A DNA stretch of 64,000 bases from Pelagomonas calceolata (Eukaryota): positions 62,001 to 126,000 of the forward strand of contig CAKKNE010000002.1 of assembly GCA_918797485.1 (NCBI GenBank), read 5' to 3'. Position 1 is the stretch's first letter. Each line of letters opens with the position of its first letter. Below are positions 11,801 through 24,600 of the stretch, piece by piece. The notes under the pieces are model-generated. The model did no database searches and had not been told where the DNA came from. It was given only the letters and a program-made list of their open reading frames with translations. The translations under genes were made by a program, and so were the position numbers.

Positions 11801-14800
11801 GCGCCACAGAGCTCTCAAACAAAATAAGTGCTCATCTTAACACGGAGCTTTCCCCGACCCTGCTCTTCGATCACCCGTCGCTGCGGTCCATCGCCGACGC
11901 TCTGTCGGTTGACCACGAGACAGAGGGAGTATTGGAGCTCGAGTTTGAGACTACGGCGCAAGAGCCAAGAGATTCGGTGCAACGACCACAACAGAGCGCC
12001 AAGGCGCAAAGCACGCCGGCCATCGTCGAGGCCATCTCGAGCACGCTCTCGGATATTCTTGGGACGACTGTCGCCACAGACGCGCCGCTCATGTCCGTGG
12101 GACTGGATTCGATCTCGGCGACGGAGTTCACGAACGCGCTCGCCGAGAAATTCGACACGGAACTGCCGCAAACGCTCATGTTCGACCAACCGACGATCGA
12201 TGCGATGGCTGGGTTCATCGCGGAGACCACTGAAGCGCCGGTAGCTGCAGCGACCGTCGAGCGAGAGCAAATGCCAACGACAACAATGGCGACGGCCGTG
12301 GCAACGTCTGGACGGGATGCCCGGACCGAGTCTTCCTCGCGTCACGACAGATCAGCTTCACGTTGCCGGGCGGCTGCAATGATCCTACTGCATTGAAGGA
12401 GCTCGGCTTGCGAGCGTGGACGGCCAACTCTCACTGGCCCGTCTCTCGCCTGGCGGCGAATGAGCTGCAAGGAACTTCTGCGGCGTACGGCGCTTTCTTA
12501 GCACCTGATGCATTCAAAGCGGATCCTGTGTTCTTCGGAATTTCCAGGACGGAGGCGCGGGCCATGGACCCGATGGCGATGCTGGTCCTCGAGACGACCT
12601 ACGGCGCGCTCAGCGACTCGAGCTCCAATTCTCGCGCCAAGCTGGCCAACGCGCCCATCGGCTTCTTCCTTGGAGCTGGCGGGTCGACGTTTAGTAAGGG
12701 TTTAGAAACCGCATCGGGAAACGCCACGAAGGCCCCTTCGGTGTACTCGGCGACCTCCGGCGCGCTGTCCGTGCTGTCGGGCCGCCTTTCGTACACGCTG
12801 GGCCTGACGGGCCCGTGCCAGACGACCGACACGGCCTGCTCGTCGTCGCTGGTTGCCGCGCACCAGGCGGTCTCGGCCCTGAAGCTCGGCGAGAGCCCGG
12901 CGGCGGCGGTCGCGGGCGTCGGCGTGCTGACGGTGTCGGTGTCGGTGGCGTTCTCGGCGGCGGGCATGCTCTCGGCGCTCGGTCGGTGCCACACGTTCGA
13001 CCGGCGCGCCGACGGGTACTGTAGGGGCGAAGGCTGCGGGGCGTTCTACTTCTCGACCGAAGCCGACGACGTCGCGGTGTCCGGGACGGCGGTGCAGCAG
13101 GACGGGCCGAGCGCGAGCCTCACGGCGCCGAACGGCACGTCGCAGCAGCGGCTCATCGAAGCGGTCAAGGCTGGAAGTGGACCATCGCTGGAGGCTCACG
13201 GCACGGGCACGGCGCTCGGGGACCCAATCGAGGTATGTGCTTACTTCTTATTTCTCTGATAATTTTTGCGTCATTGTAGGTGGGCGCTGCGACGCGGGCG
13301 TTGTGCAAGTCGACAGAACATGGTGCCGCAGTGATCCAGTGCACGTCGCTGAAGTCGAACGTGGGCCACCTGGAGCCGGCGGCAGCGGCAGCGGGCCTGG
13401 CGTCGCTTGTTGTGGGGCCGCTGATGGATTCGGTTGTTGCTGTTAACGCGCAATTGCGCGGGTACGTCTCCTGTGTTTTTTACATAGTTGTCGCTCACAT
13501 TCCCATGTAGGCTGAACGCGCACCTGTCGTCGATCGTGTCGTCGAAGCCGTTCCAGATGCCTGTTGACGTAGCTCCACGTACCACAGCTCTCAGCGGTTC
13601 GCGACTGAGCTCGTTTGGATTTAGTGGAACCATCGCCCACGGCGCGTTCGAAGCTCGGAAGACAATAGTATCAATGAGCAATGATTCGAAGTCGCTCTAC
13701 CGTGGTCGCCGATTTATCACCTCTAGCGAGACGACACGGCTGGACTGGCTGCTCGAAGCGCCTGGGCCGCAGGAGCCTCGACCGGACGAGGCCGTCGTGT
13801 TCTCGGGGGCGCTGTCGCCCTCGGCGGAAGCCCTCTTCTCGCATCACGTTGTCGGTGACACGATTATATTGCCGGGCGTCGGGTACGTCGAGATGGCGTT
13901 CGCCGCCAGCTCCAGTCGAGCGCTCACAGCCGTCGCGTTCCTGAGGCCGTGCGTGCTGCCCGAGCCTGGTCGAGGCGAGAAGTGCGTGCTGCGATGTACG
14001 CGGCGTAGTGGCGCATTGGAGATTGCGAGCGCGAGAGGCACTGATTCATCTAGCTTTGCCACGTGTTTCGCCGGGACACTCGCGCATAATATTATTGAGA
14101 GTGGCGGTCACGCAGAGACAGTAATAGGTCGGAGCTTCAAAGCCCGTAAGGAATGGTCCATCAAAGCACAGTCTTCACGACGCAATTCGGCGGTGCTGCA
14201 AGCTACTTTTGGCCCCAGACCTCGATTGCTCGAATTGTCATCGCGCATCGGCGGCACCGCGTGGACGTTCGGCGCCAGGAAATTCCTATGCAGTGCCAGC
14301 AGGCAATTAAGCCGCAGCACAAGTCTGGCAAATGCTGTATCTGACTACCGCAACGTCTTGTGTCAAGCGCGACAGCAATTGTGCAAATCTCTGCGCGGTA
14401 CAATACTACCGAGGTCGCGCCTGCTTGCGTCTCGCGCACAGAACAACAAGTGGATTTATTCTTGCAATACCAGCGGTCTTAGACTTGCACAAGTAGAGGC
14501 CTCCAGCTTCCGAGAAATGCTCCTGGTTACGGTCGGACCGTCCAAGCCCCTGTCTGCTGGAAGAGTCCCGCAGCCTACACCGAGCAAACTGCAGAGCAAC
14601 CTAAGGCTCAAGGAGCCAGCCGCAGCCAAGGGCGGCGCTCGCTCGCAAAAGGCCCTGCTAGAGGAACTCACCGCCATGGCCGCCGAGGTCACCGGCACAA
14701 CTATTTCCGCCGATGCGCCCCTTATGTCTGCTGGGCTCGACTCCATCGGCGCCACAGAGCTCTCAAACAAAATAAGTGCTCATCTTAACACGGAGCTTTC

Positions 14801-17800
14801 CCCGACCCTGCTCTTCGATCACCCGTCGCTGCGGTCCATCGCCGACGCTCTGTCGGTTGACCACGAGACAGAGGGAGTATTGGAGCTCGAGTTTGAGACT
14901 ACGGCGCAAGAGCCAAGAGATTCGGTGCAACGACCACAACAGAGCGCCAAGGCGCAAAGCACGCCGGCCATCGTCGAGGCCATCTCGAGCACGCTCTCGG
15001 ATATTCTTGGGACGACTGTCGCCACAGACGCGCCGCTCATGTCCGTGGGACTGGATTCGATCTCGGCGACGGAGTTCACGAACGCGCTCGCCGAGAAATT
15101 CGACACGGAACTGCCGCAAACGCTCATGTTCGACCAACCGACGATCGATGCGATGGCTGGGTTCATCGCGGAGACCACTGAAGCGCCGGTAGCTGCAGCG
15201 ACCGTCGAGCGAGAGCAAATGCCAACGACAACAATGGCGACGGCCGTGGCAACGTCTGGACGGGATGCCCCGGACCGAGTCTTCCTCGCGTCACGACAGA
15301 TCAGCTTCACGTTGCCGGGCGGCTGCAATGATCCTACTGCATTGAAGGAGCTCGGCTTGCGAGCGTGGACGGCCAACTCTCACTGGCCCGTCTCTCGCCT
15401 GGCGGCGAATGAGCTGCAAGGAACTTCTGCGGCGTACGGCGCTTTCTTAGCACCTGATGCATTCAAAGCGGATCCTGTGTTCTTCGGAATTTCCAGGACG
15501 GAGGCGCGGGCCATGGACCCGATGGCGATGCTGGTCCTCGAGACGACCTACGGCGCGCTCAGCGACTCGAGCTCAACCCCGCGCCAAGCTGGCCAACGCG
15601 CCCATCGGCTTCTTCCTTGGAGCTGGCGGGTCGACGTTTAGTAAGGGTTTAGAAACCGCATCGGGAAACGCCACGAAGGCCCCTTCGGTGTACTCGGCGA
15701 CCTCCGGCGCGCTGTCCGTGCTGTCGGGCCGCCTTTCGTACACGCTGGGCCTGACGGGCCCGTGCCAGACGACCGACACGGCCTGCTCGTCGTCGCTGGT
15801 TGCCGCGCACCAGGCGGTCTCGGCCCTGAAGCTCGGCGAGAGCCCGGCGGCGGCGGTCGCGGGCGTCGGCGTGCTGACGGTGTCGGTGTCGGTGGCGTTC
15901 TCGGCGGCGGGCATGCTCTCGGCGCTCGGTCGGTGCCACACGTTCGACCGGCGCGCCGACGGGTACTGTAGGGGCGAAGGCTGCGGGGCGTTCTACTTCT
16001 CGACCGAAGCCGACGACGTCGCGGTGTCCGGGACGGCGGTGCAGCAGGACGGGCCGAGCGCGAGCCTCACGGCGCCGAACGGCACGTCGCAGCAGCGGCT
16101 CATCGAAGCGGTCAAGGCTGGAAGTGGACCATCGCTGGAGGCTCACGGCACGGGCACGGCGCTCGGGGACCCAATCGAGGTATGTGCTTACTTCTTATTT
16201 CTCTGATAATTTTTGCGTCATTGTAGGTGGGCGCTGCGACGCGGGCGTTGTGCAAGTCGACAGAACATGGTGCCGCAGTGATCCAGTGCACGTCGCTGAA
16301 GTCGAACGTGGGCCACCTGGAGCCGGCGGCAGCGGCAGCGGGCCTGGCGTCGCTTGTTGTGGGGCCGCTGATGGATTCGGTTGTTGCTGTTAACGCGCAA
16401 TTGCGCGGGTACGTCTCCTGTGTTTTTTACATAGTTGTCGCTCACATTCTTATGTAGGCTGAACGCGCACCTGTCGTCTATCGTGTCGTCGAAGCCGTTC
16501 CAGATGCCTGTTGACGTAGCTCCACGTACCACAGCTCTCAGCGGTTCGCGACTGAGCTCGTTTGGATTTAGTGGAACCATCGCCCACGGCGCGTTCGAAG
16601 CTCGGAAGACAATAGTATCAATGAGCAATGATTCGAAGTCGCTCTACCGTGGTCGCCGATTTATCACCTCTAGCGAGACGACACGGCTGGACTGGCTGCT
16701 CGAAGCGCCTGGGCCGCAGGAGCCTCGACCGGACGAGGCCGTCGTGTTCTCGGGGGCGCTGTCGCCCTCGGCGGAAGCCCTCTTCTCGCATCACGTTGTC
16801 GGTGACACGATTATATTGCCGGGCGTCGGGTACGTCGAGATGGCGTTCGCCGCCAGCTCCAGTCGAGCGCTCACAGCCGTCGCGTTCCTGAGGCCGTGCG
16901 TGCTGCCCGAGCCTGGTCGAGGCGAGAAGTGCGTGCTGCGATGTACGCGGCGTAGTGGCGCATTGGAGATTGCGAGCGCGAGAGGCACTGATTCATCTAG
17001 CTTTGCCACGTGTTTCGCCGGGACACTCGCGCATAATATTATTGAGAGTGGCGGTCACGCAGAGACAGTAATAGGTCGGAGCTTCAAAGCCCGTAAGGAA
17101 TGGTCCATCAAAGCACAGTCTTCACGACGCAATTCGGCGGTGCTGCAAGCTACTTTTGGCCCCAGGCCTCGATTGCTCGAATTGTCATCGCGCATCGGCG
17201 GCACCGCGTGGACGTTCGGCGCCAGGAAATTCCTATGCAGTGCCAGCAGGCAATTAAGCCGCAGCACAAGTCTGGCAAATGCTGTATCTGACTACCGCAA
17301 CGTCTTGTGTCAAGCGCGACAGCAATTGTGCAAATCTCTGCGCGGTACAATACTACCGAGGTCGCGCCTGCTTGCGTCTCGCGCACAGAACAACAAGTGG
17401 ATTTATTCTTGCAATACCAGCGGTCTTAGACTTGCACAAGTAGAGGCCTCCAGCTTCCGAGAAATGCTCCTGGTTACGGTCGGACCGTCCAAGCCCCTGT
17501 CTGCTGGAAGAGTCCCGCAGCCTACACCGAGCAAACTGCAGAGCAACCTAAGGCTCAAGGAGCCAGCCGCAGCCAAGGGCGGCGCTCGCTCGCAAAAGGC
17601 CCTGCTAGAGGAACTCACCGCCATGGCCGCCGAGGTCACCGGCACAACTATTTCCGCCGATGCGCCCCTTATGTCTGCTGGGCTCGACTCCATCGGCGCC
17701 ACAGAGCTCTCAAACAAAATAAGTGCTCATCTTAACACGGAGCTTTCCCCGACCCTGCTCTTCGATCACCCGTCGCTGCGGTCCATCGCCGACGCTCTGT

Positions 17801-20800
17801 CGGTTGACCACGAGACAGAGGGAGTATTGGAGCTCGAGTTTGAGACTACGGCGCAAGAGCCAAGAGATTCGGTGCAACGACCACAACAGAGCGCCAAGGC
17901 GCAAAGCACGCCGGCCATCGTCGAGGCCATCTCGAGCACGCTCTCGGATATTCTTGGGACGACTGTCGCCACAGACGCGCCGCTCATGTCCGTGGGACTG
18001 GATTCGATCTCGGCGACGGAGTTCACGAACGCGCTCGCCGAGAAATTCGACACGGAACTGCCGCAAACGCTCATGTTCGACCAACCGACGATCGATGCGA
18101 TGGCTGGGTTCATCGCGGAGACCACTGAAGCGCCGGTAGCTGCAGCGACCGTCGAGCGAGAGCAAATGCCAACGACAACAATGGCGACGGCCGTGGCAAC
18201 GTCTGGACGGGATGCCCCGGACCGAGTCTTCCTCGCGTCACGACAGATCAGCTTCACGTTGCCGGGCGGCTGCAATGATCCTACTGCATTGAAGGAGCTC
18301 GGCTTGCGAGCGTGGACGGCCAACTCTCACTGGCCCGTCTCTCGCCTGGCGGCGAATGAGCTGCAAGGAACTTCTGCGGCGTACGGCGCTTTCTTAGCAC
18401 CTGATGCATTCAAAGCGGATCCTGTGTTCTTCGGAATTTCCAGGACGGAGGCGCGGGCCATGGACCCGATGGCGATGCTGGTCCTCGAGACGACCTACGG
18501 CGCGCTCAGCGACTCGAGCTCCAATTCTCGCGCCAAGCTGGCCAACGCGCCCATCGGCTTCTTCCTTGGAGCTGGCGGGTCGACGTTTAGTAAGGGTTTA
18601 GAAACCGCATCGGGAAACGCCACGAAGGCCCCTTCGGTGTACTCGGCGACCTCCGGCGCGCTGTCCGTGCTGTCGGGCCGCCTTTCGTACACTCTGGGCC
18701 TGACGGGCCCGTGCCAGACGACCGACACGGCCTGCTCGTCGTCGCTGGTTGCCGCGCACCAGGCGGTCTCGGCCCTGAAGCTCGGCGAGAGCCCGGCGGC
18801 GGCGGTCGCGGGCGTCGGCGTGCTGACGGTGTCGGTGTCGGTGGCGTTCTCGGCGGCGGGCATGCTCTCGGCGCTCGGTCGGTGCCACACGTTCGACCGG
18901 CGCGCCGACGGGTACTGTAGGGGCGAAGGCTGCGGGGCGTTCTACTTCTCGACCGAAGCCGACGACGTCGCGGTGTCCGGGACGGCGGTGCAGCAGGACG
19001 GGCCGAGCGCGAGCCTCACGGCGCCGAACGGCACGTCGCAGCAGCGGCTGATCGAAGCGGTAAAGGCTGGAAACGGACCATCGCTGGAGGCGCACGGCAC
19101 GGGCACTGCGCTCGGGGACCCGATCGAGGTGCGTGCTTCCTTCTTTACTTTTCTCTCATAAATTCTGTGTCATTGTAGGTGGGAGCCGCGACGAGAGCGT
19201 TGTGCAAGTCGACAGACCATGGTAGTGTAGCAATCCAGTGCACGTCCCTGAAGTCGAACGTGGGCCACTTGGAGCCGGCGGCCGCAGCCGCAGGCCTGGC
19301 CTCGCTGGTGGTAGGGCCGCTGATGGCCTCGGTCGTTGCTGTGAATGCGCAGTTGCGCGGGTACGTCTCCTGTGTTTTTTACATAGTTCTCGCTCACATT
19401 CCCATGTAGGCTGAACGCGCACCTGTCGTCGATCGTGTCGTCGAAGCCGTTCCAAATGCCCGTTGACGTGGTCTCACGCACGATAGCATCAAACGGCTCG
19501 CGACTGAGCTCGTTTGGGTTCAGTGGCACTATTGCGCACGGGACGTTTGATTCATCACTCGGGCATGCGCAAGCAGCACATCACGAAACAAACAAAACAG
19601 CCTCGCTGTGTCGCCGGAAGTTTCATTCTTCAACAATAATCAAGCCAGTGTAGCAAAGTGGGCCCCTTTGGTCTTACATCCAGAATCAACATGATACTCC
19701 AGCCGCAGAATCCAGAACTGGTGCATTAGCCGTGGTGCGACTTGCAGTACAAGAGACTCTGGGCTTCGAGGTTGATGTGAATGCTCCGCTGATGTCTGTT
19801 GGAGTTGATTCGCTGCAGGCGACTGACCTGACAACTTTACTAACAGCTCGCCTTGGTACAGAATTGGAACCGACCGTGCTATTTGACCACCCGACAATTG
19901 ACTAGTTAGCGAAATTTGTAGCTAGCTAATATTCCGTAGATGACAGAACTACTAATGAGGCTCCCAAAAGTCTCTGGGATCTGTACTCACAACTGAGGGA
20001 AAAGAAATCTGAAATGTTTGTACCGTCAGGTGCAAAGTCTGCGAAACGAGCTGCTGTTTTGTTCGCTTTCCCTGGCTCTGGCTCTAAACACCTTATATCG
20101 TGCCTCGGTGCTCACCAGCATTTGTGCGTTTGCGAAGACCTCTGTCTCATGCCATTCAAAACCGTAGTCGAGCGGAACGAGGTCCTATCTTCCAGGAAAG
20201 ACAACCTCCAAGATGGGTTGGTTGACACCGTTACGACTCTGCGTAATTGCAGGATGCCCGATATATGTCACCTCTTTGGTACGGTGGCAAGCACATATCG
20301 TGCACTACAAGAATGGTGTGCCCCTCGAATTTTAGTCGACGGAACAGAAGCCTACTCTGCCGTGCCCCAACGGTCTTTGACCGAAGCGAAAAATGTCTTC
20401 CTAGACCCAGACATCGTGCACTTGCTTCGAGATCCGAGAGGATGCTTGGGTGATGAGCAACAATCAGGTGATATCGCAGAGCTCGAGAAAAGGTGGCTCA
20501 AATTTACAAAATACATGCTGCAACTCGACAGGACAGGTGTGTCTGAAATCAGATATGAGGACCTAGAGGGGGCTCTACGTGAGATTTCGTTGCGCCTTCT
20601 AATTCCTAATCTTGACTTGGTCATTCATGTTTCCAAGCATTCAAGGGAATAAATATACGAAGGACCACTCCAAAGCGACACTCAATCGATCGCATGGGGC
20701 CTTGGATATCAACTCTCATTGAAAAACAATGGGACTAGTCCTACTATTCTTATCTAACAAGATGCTATACGCAACGTCGCCATTTGGTTGCAAAAAGGGG

Positions 20801-21630
20801 ACATTAGTAAACCCACACTGGTAGTTCTCCATGCTCTATTTGGCATGCAAGTGGGTTCTCCTTATCTGCCTTGTTTTCCAGACGATATGCCGGTGGTGGC
20901 ACTTCAGGCCCCTGAACTAATTGAACACACTGTCATTGGTAGCATTCGTGAGCGTGCCATATATTACCGCAACATCCTGATTTCTCTGTTAGATGGACGC
21001 AAGCCAATCGTTCATATTTTCGGGTTGTCCTTTGGGGGACCTTTGGCCTTTGAACTAGCTATTTCTCTACAACATAGTCCGCTGAACTGCGGATCCCTAT
21101 GTTTGTCCGACCCCCCTCCCTTTTGCCTGCCCTCTAAGTCCACAACAAGCACGTTGACAATGAGAGCTCGATTCTACGATTTCTGCTTCGCAGTTGCAAT
21201 TTCCAAACAGACAAACTTTCAAGGTGGGGTCTAGGTTAAGGACATAAAATGCCCGGCTGATCTTGAAAGACTCGTCTTTTCGGCAGCTCCTGAATCTCTT
21301 GCAAGGGAATTTTCGCAGATAGTTGACTTCATGCTGAAGGCTGGAAGCGAACTCCAAACACTAGATTGCTCTGCAAATCGCGAGAAGTACACAGGCCCAT
21401 GTGCCTTCCTGAAGACAGGGGAAGGCGTTTAGTATTTTAAGGAGAGAGGATTTGTGGAAAGTACGGAAGACCCAGATGGGCTTTATGGATGGAGTCGCGC
21501 CCTTTGCAGCCCTCCATTAAAAGTGGTCAGCCTTGCCTGTGGTCACAATTACATGACAACTCATGCAGATTCAGTTGCCAAGATAGCGTCGACTATTCTC
21601 ATGCTGTATCAAATTGTCTCAGACGACTAA
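5806..21630 (+). other. PKS assembly line A: ACP(GLNS)-KS1-DH*-ACP-ACP-[KS-DH*-ACP-ACP]x3-KS5-ACP-ST-TE
   Basis: KS at ~6500, 9420, 12340, 15290, 18240. ST at 20014-20650 ([16 protein letters not shown]...EDLCLMPF, CurM-like). TE at 20788-21600 (GLSFGG; LACGH). TAA at 21628 may or may not terminate. Confidence 0.85.
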
Positions 21631-24600
21631 GTTCTAGGTTCTTCTGGCGGCCCGGCTCCATTACGTCCCCATTCATCTCACTGCAGTGCGCTCGTGAACA
21701 GTGCTGCCACGAGCCTTAAGCACTTGTCGCGACGTGCTTCCTCGCTGGCGGTAGTAGTACCGCAAGAGGACAGCTTGTGTGGAGATGGACCAGGGCCACT
21801 GGGAGACAATGATTTATATCAGATCGCCCAACTTCCTTTCAATTTGCATGGTATAGAAGTCAGTCTACAGAACCGGCAGCAAGTGGTCAACGCGACCATT
21901 CAAGGCGACGTAAAAGCCTTATAGTTAATTATTAATGTGGACAAAGAAGCCAAGAATCCTGACTCCGAAGACGGACTGTGCGCGATTGAAAGTATGGCAA
22001 AGAATTTTATATTTCACGCGCGAAATTCCAGTCTATTCCTCTCGCAAATAAATGACAGGAAGTACGTTGAATTTTCGGAGCTTCCCTGGTAGTGGGAAAT
22101 ATTGGAGCCAAGCTCTCAAGCGCCTCGCAAAATATTGACAATGAAGAATGAACCACATGGTGACCTGCTTCACGATGAAACATTCCTAAATATATGGAAT
22201 GAATTCTTCGCCGAGGTGCCGCCGGTCGACGCGCCACTCCTAACCACCGGACTGAATTCCGCGCAATTGCCAATGCTCGCTAGTCGACTTAGCCGAGCGT
22301 TCTCGGTCAATGTATCGAGTATGTTCCTACTGGAGCACCCGACAATTCGCCAAATAGGAAACGCGTTGGAAGATCTACTCTCAGATTCGCCCAAGGAATA
22401 TGATACTCTGACTACTTCGGTCAAAACGCGGATGGAGTCTCAAAAGAATGTATCTCTGGGAAATATCGTATTTCACGCGCCTGGTTCGATGCGGACACCG
22501 GCCAGTTTTCGGTTCTCGGTAGAACGCGGCTTGAATTTTGGCTCGCGCGTGCCGCTGAATCGATGGGACGTGTCGAATACAACTCGCGCCTCGGCGACGT
22601 ACGGAAACTTTGCCGAGGATATACTCACTCTCCCGCACGGCGATTGGAAGATGTCCAAGTCTGAACTACGAAATGTGAATCCGGTACAACTGCTCTTGCT
22701 CGAGGCATCACATTCTATGTTTGCTGGACGTCACAAAGCTGACAAAAACGTGGGCATATTCGTTGGACTCTTCACGAGCTTGCTGACGCCCGGTAGTTCT
22801 ACCGCCGCCCCGTCGCGGGAACCGCTCGGCATCTACGAAGGCACCGCCAACTCTACGTCGATAGCTTCTGGCCGTATCTCGTACGTGCTGGGCTTTACGG
22901 GTCCGTGTCTCCCTGTCGATACAGCATGTTCCGCGTCGCTAGTGGCGACTCATTTGGCCGCGACCTCACTGCGGCAAAACGAGTGCAGCAGCGCGGGCGT
23001 CGTGGCGGGCGGCATTCTCGAAACAGGCTTGCACGCCGCATTTAGCACAGCTGGTATGCTCTCCGAAACTGGACGATGTCATTCCTTCGATGGTCGTGCG
23101 GATGGATATTCCCGCGGCGAGGGTTGCGTGGGCTTCGTGTGCGATACGTCTGAAGACGGCCCATCGTTAAGAGGCAGTGCTGTCAAGCAAGACGGACCAA
23201 GCGCGAGTCTGACAGCACCGAATGGTGCCTCTCAGCGGATGCTCCTTCAGAGAGTTTCTGAAAGCATAGGAGCCGGGCACGACGTAGTAGCTCTCGAAGC
23301 TCACGGCACTGGCACAACGCTCGGAGACCCGGTCGAAATTGGCGCAGCGAGTGCCGCACTTCGTGGCTCAACAGTCGCGTGCACGTCGATCAAAGGGAAC
23401 ATTGGGCATCTCGAGGCGGCCGCCGCAGTCATCGGTTTGAATTCGTTGCTCTTATTTCCTCTGTCTTCTACGTTGAATGCTCCTCTCTGCACCTTACGAA
23501 GTATCAACTCGCATCTCAAGTCCTTGAATTTGAACGCGTTTTACTTTTCGACCGGTCTGGCAAACTTATAGACCTCGGCAAAGAGTCCAGCTTGTGGACG
23601 GTTGAGTTCGTTTGGTTACAGCGGAACTATTGCGCACGGGGCGTTCGAAGCTTGCAGGTCGGAGTGTAAGACTTTCACTCTATCGACCAAGTCGCTCTAC
23701 CGCAACCGACACATGGCTTCTCAAGCTGAAGTGCCAACGCGGCTTAATTGGCTCGCAGAAAAACCGAATAATTTCAGTTCCCCGGTCAATGACACGGTAG
23801 TCTTTTCAGGAGTACTCACACCGTCGGCCGAACTGCTCTTCTCGGACCACGTCGTCGGGGGAAACATCCTTTACCCGGGCGTCGGGTACGTGGAAGTGGC
23901 GTTCGCCGCCAATATTGGTAGATGTTCTGTCCTCACTTCTGTTGCGTTCCTGAGACCGTGCATTTTGCCAGAACCTTTGTCAGGAAAGACCGTGTAGTGC
24001 GCACTGCGATGCAAACGACAGGCCAACGGTGCATTCGAGATCGCGAGCCAGCGACTGAAGACTGGTAAGCCGGATGGGCCATTCTTGGTACATACAATTG
24101 GAACACACAAGAATCTCACGGCAGCTTGCGCAAGTCTCCAGGAGGTACGAAAAGCCAACGGAGTACCAAGGGCGGCTGCTCAGCCAAGAAGCGACTCGAA
24201 GTTTGAAGCAGATAAAGCAGCTGTGGTGCAGACCCAACAGGAGCTAGTGTTATCTTGGACTAACTCATTGGACGGCATGCCGTCTACAGGGTGCACGAGG
24301 GGTCATGATGTAAATGCGCGATCCACAAAATTTCTGTCGTGTACTTCTCCGACTGATCTCAAGGCTTCAATCGAAGAGTCACATCCCACTTCGCCCCTAG
24401 AGTGTGCGGCATTGGATAGCCTGCGATTTCTAAGCATCTCACAAACGCGAAACCCTCTTTTCGCGCTTCGCGAAATAGATTACCAGGAATGCTCTCGTCA
24501 CAAGCCTGCCTGCTCAATATTGCGAGGTCACAGCCTCAGTCTGCGACACCCAGCATGCCACGGCGCCTGGTGTCCCCACGGCCAACGTGAACGCAGCATG

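Noticed and set aside
9815..19470. CRISPR array or satellite
   Set aside because: The repeat unit is a 2.95-kb coding module, with no short repeat-spacer structure.
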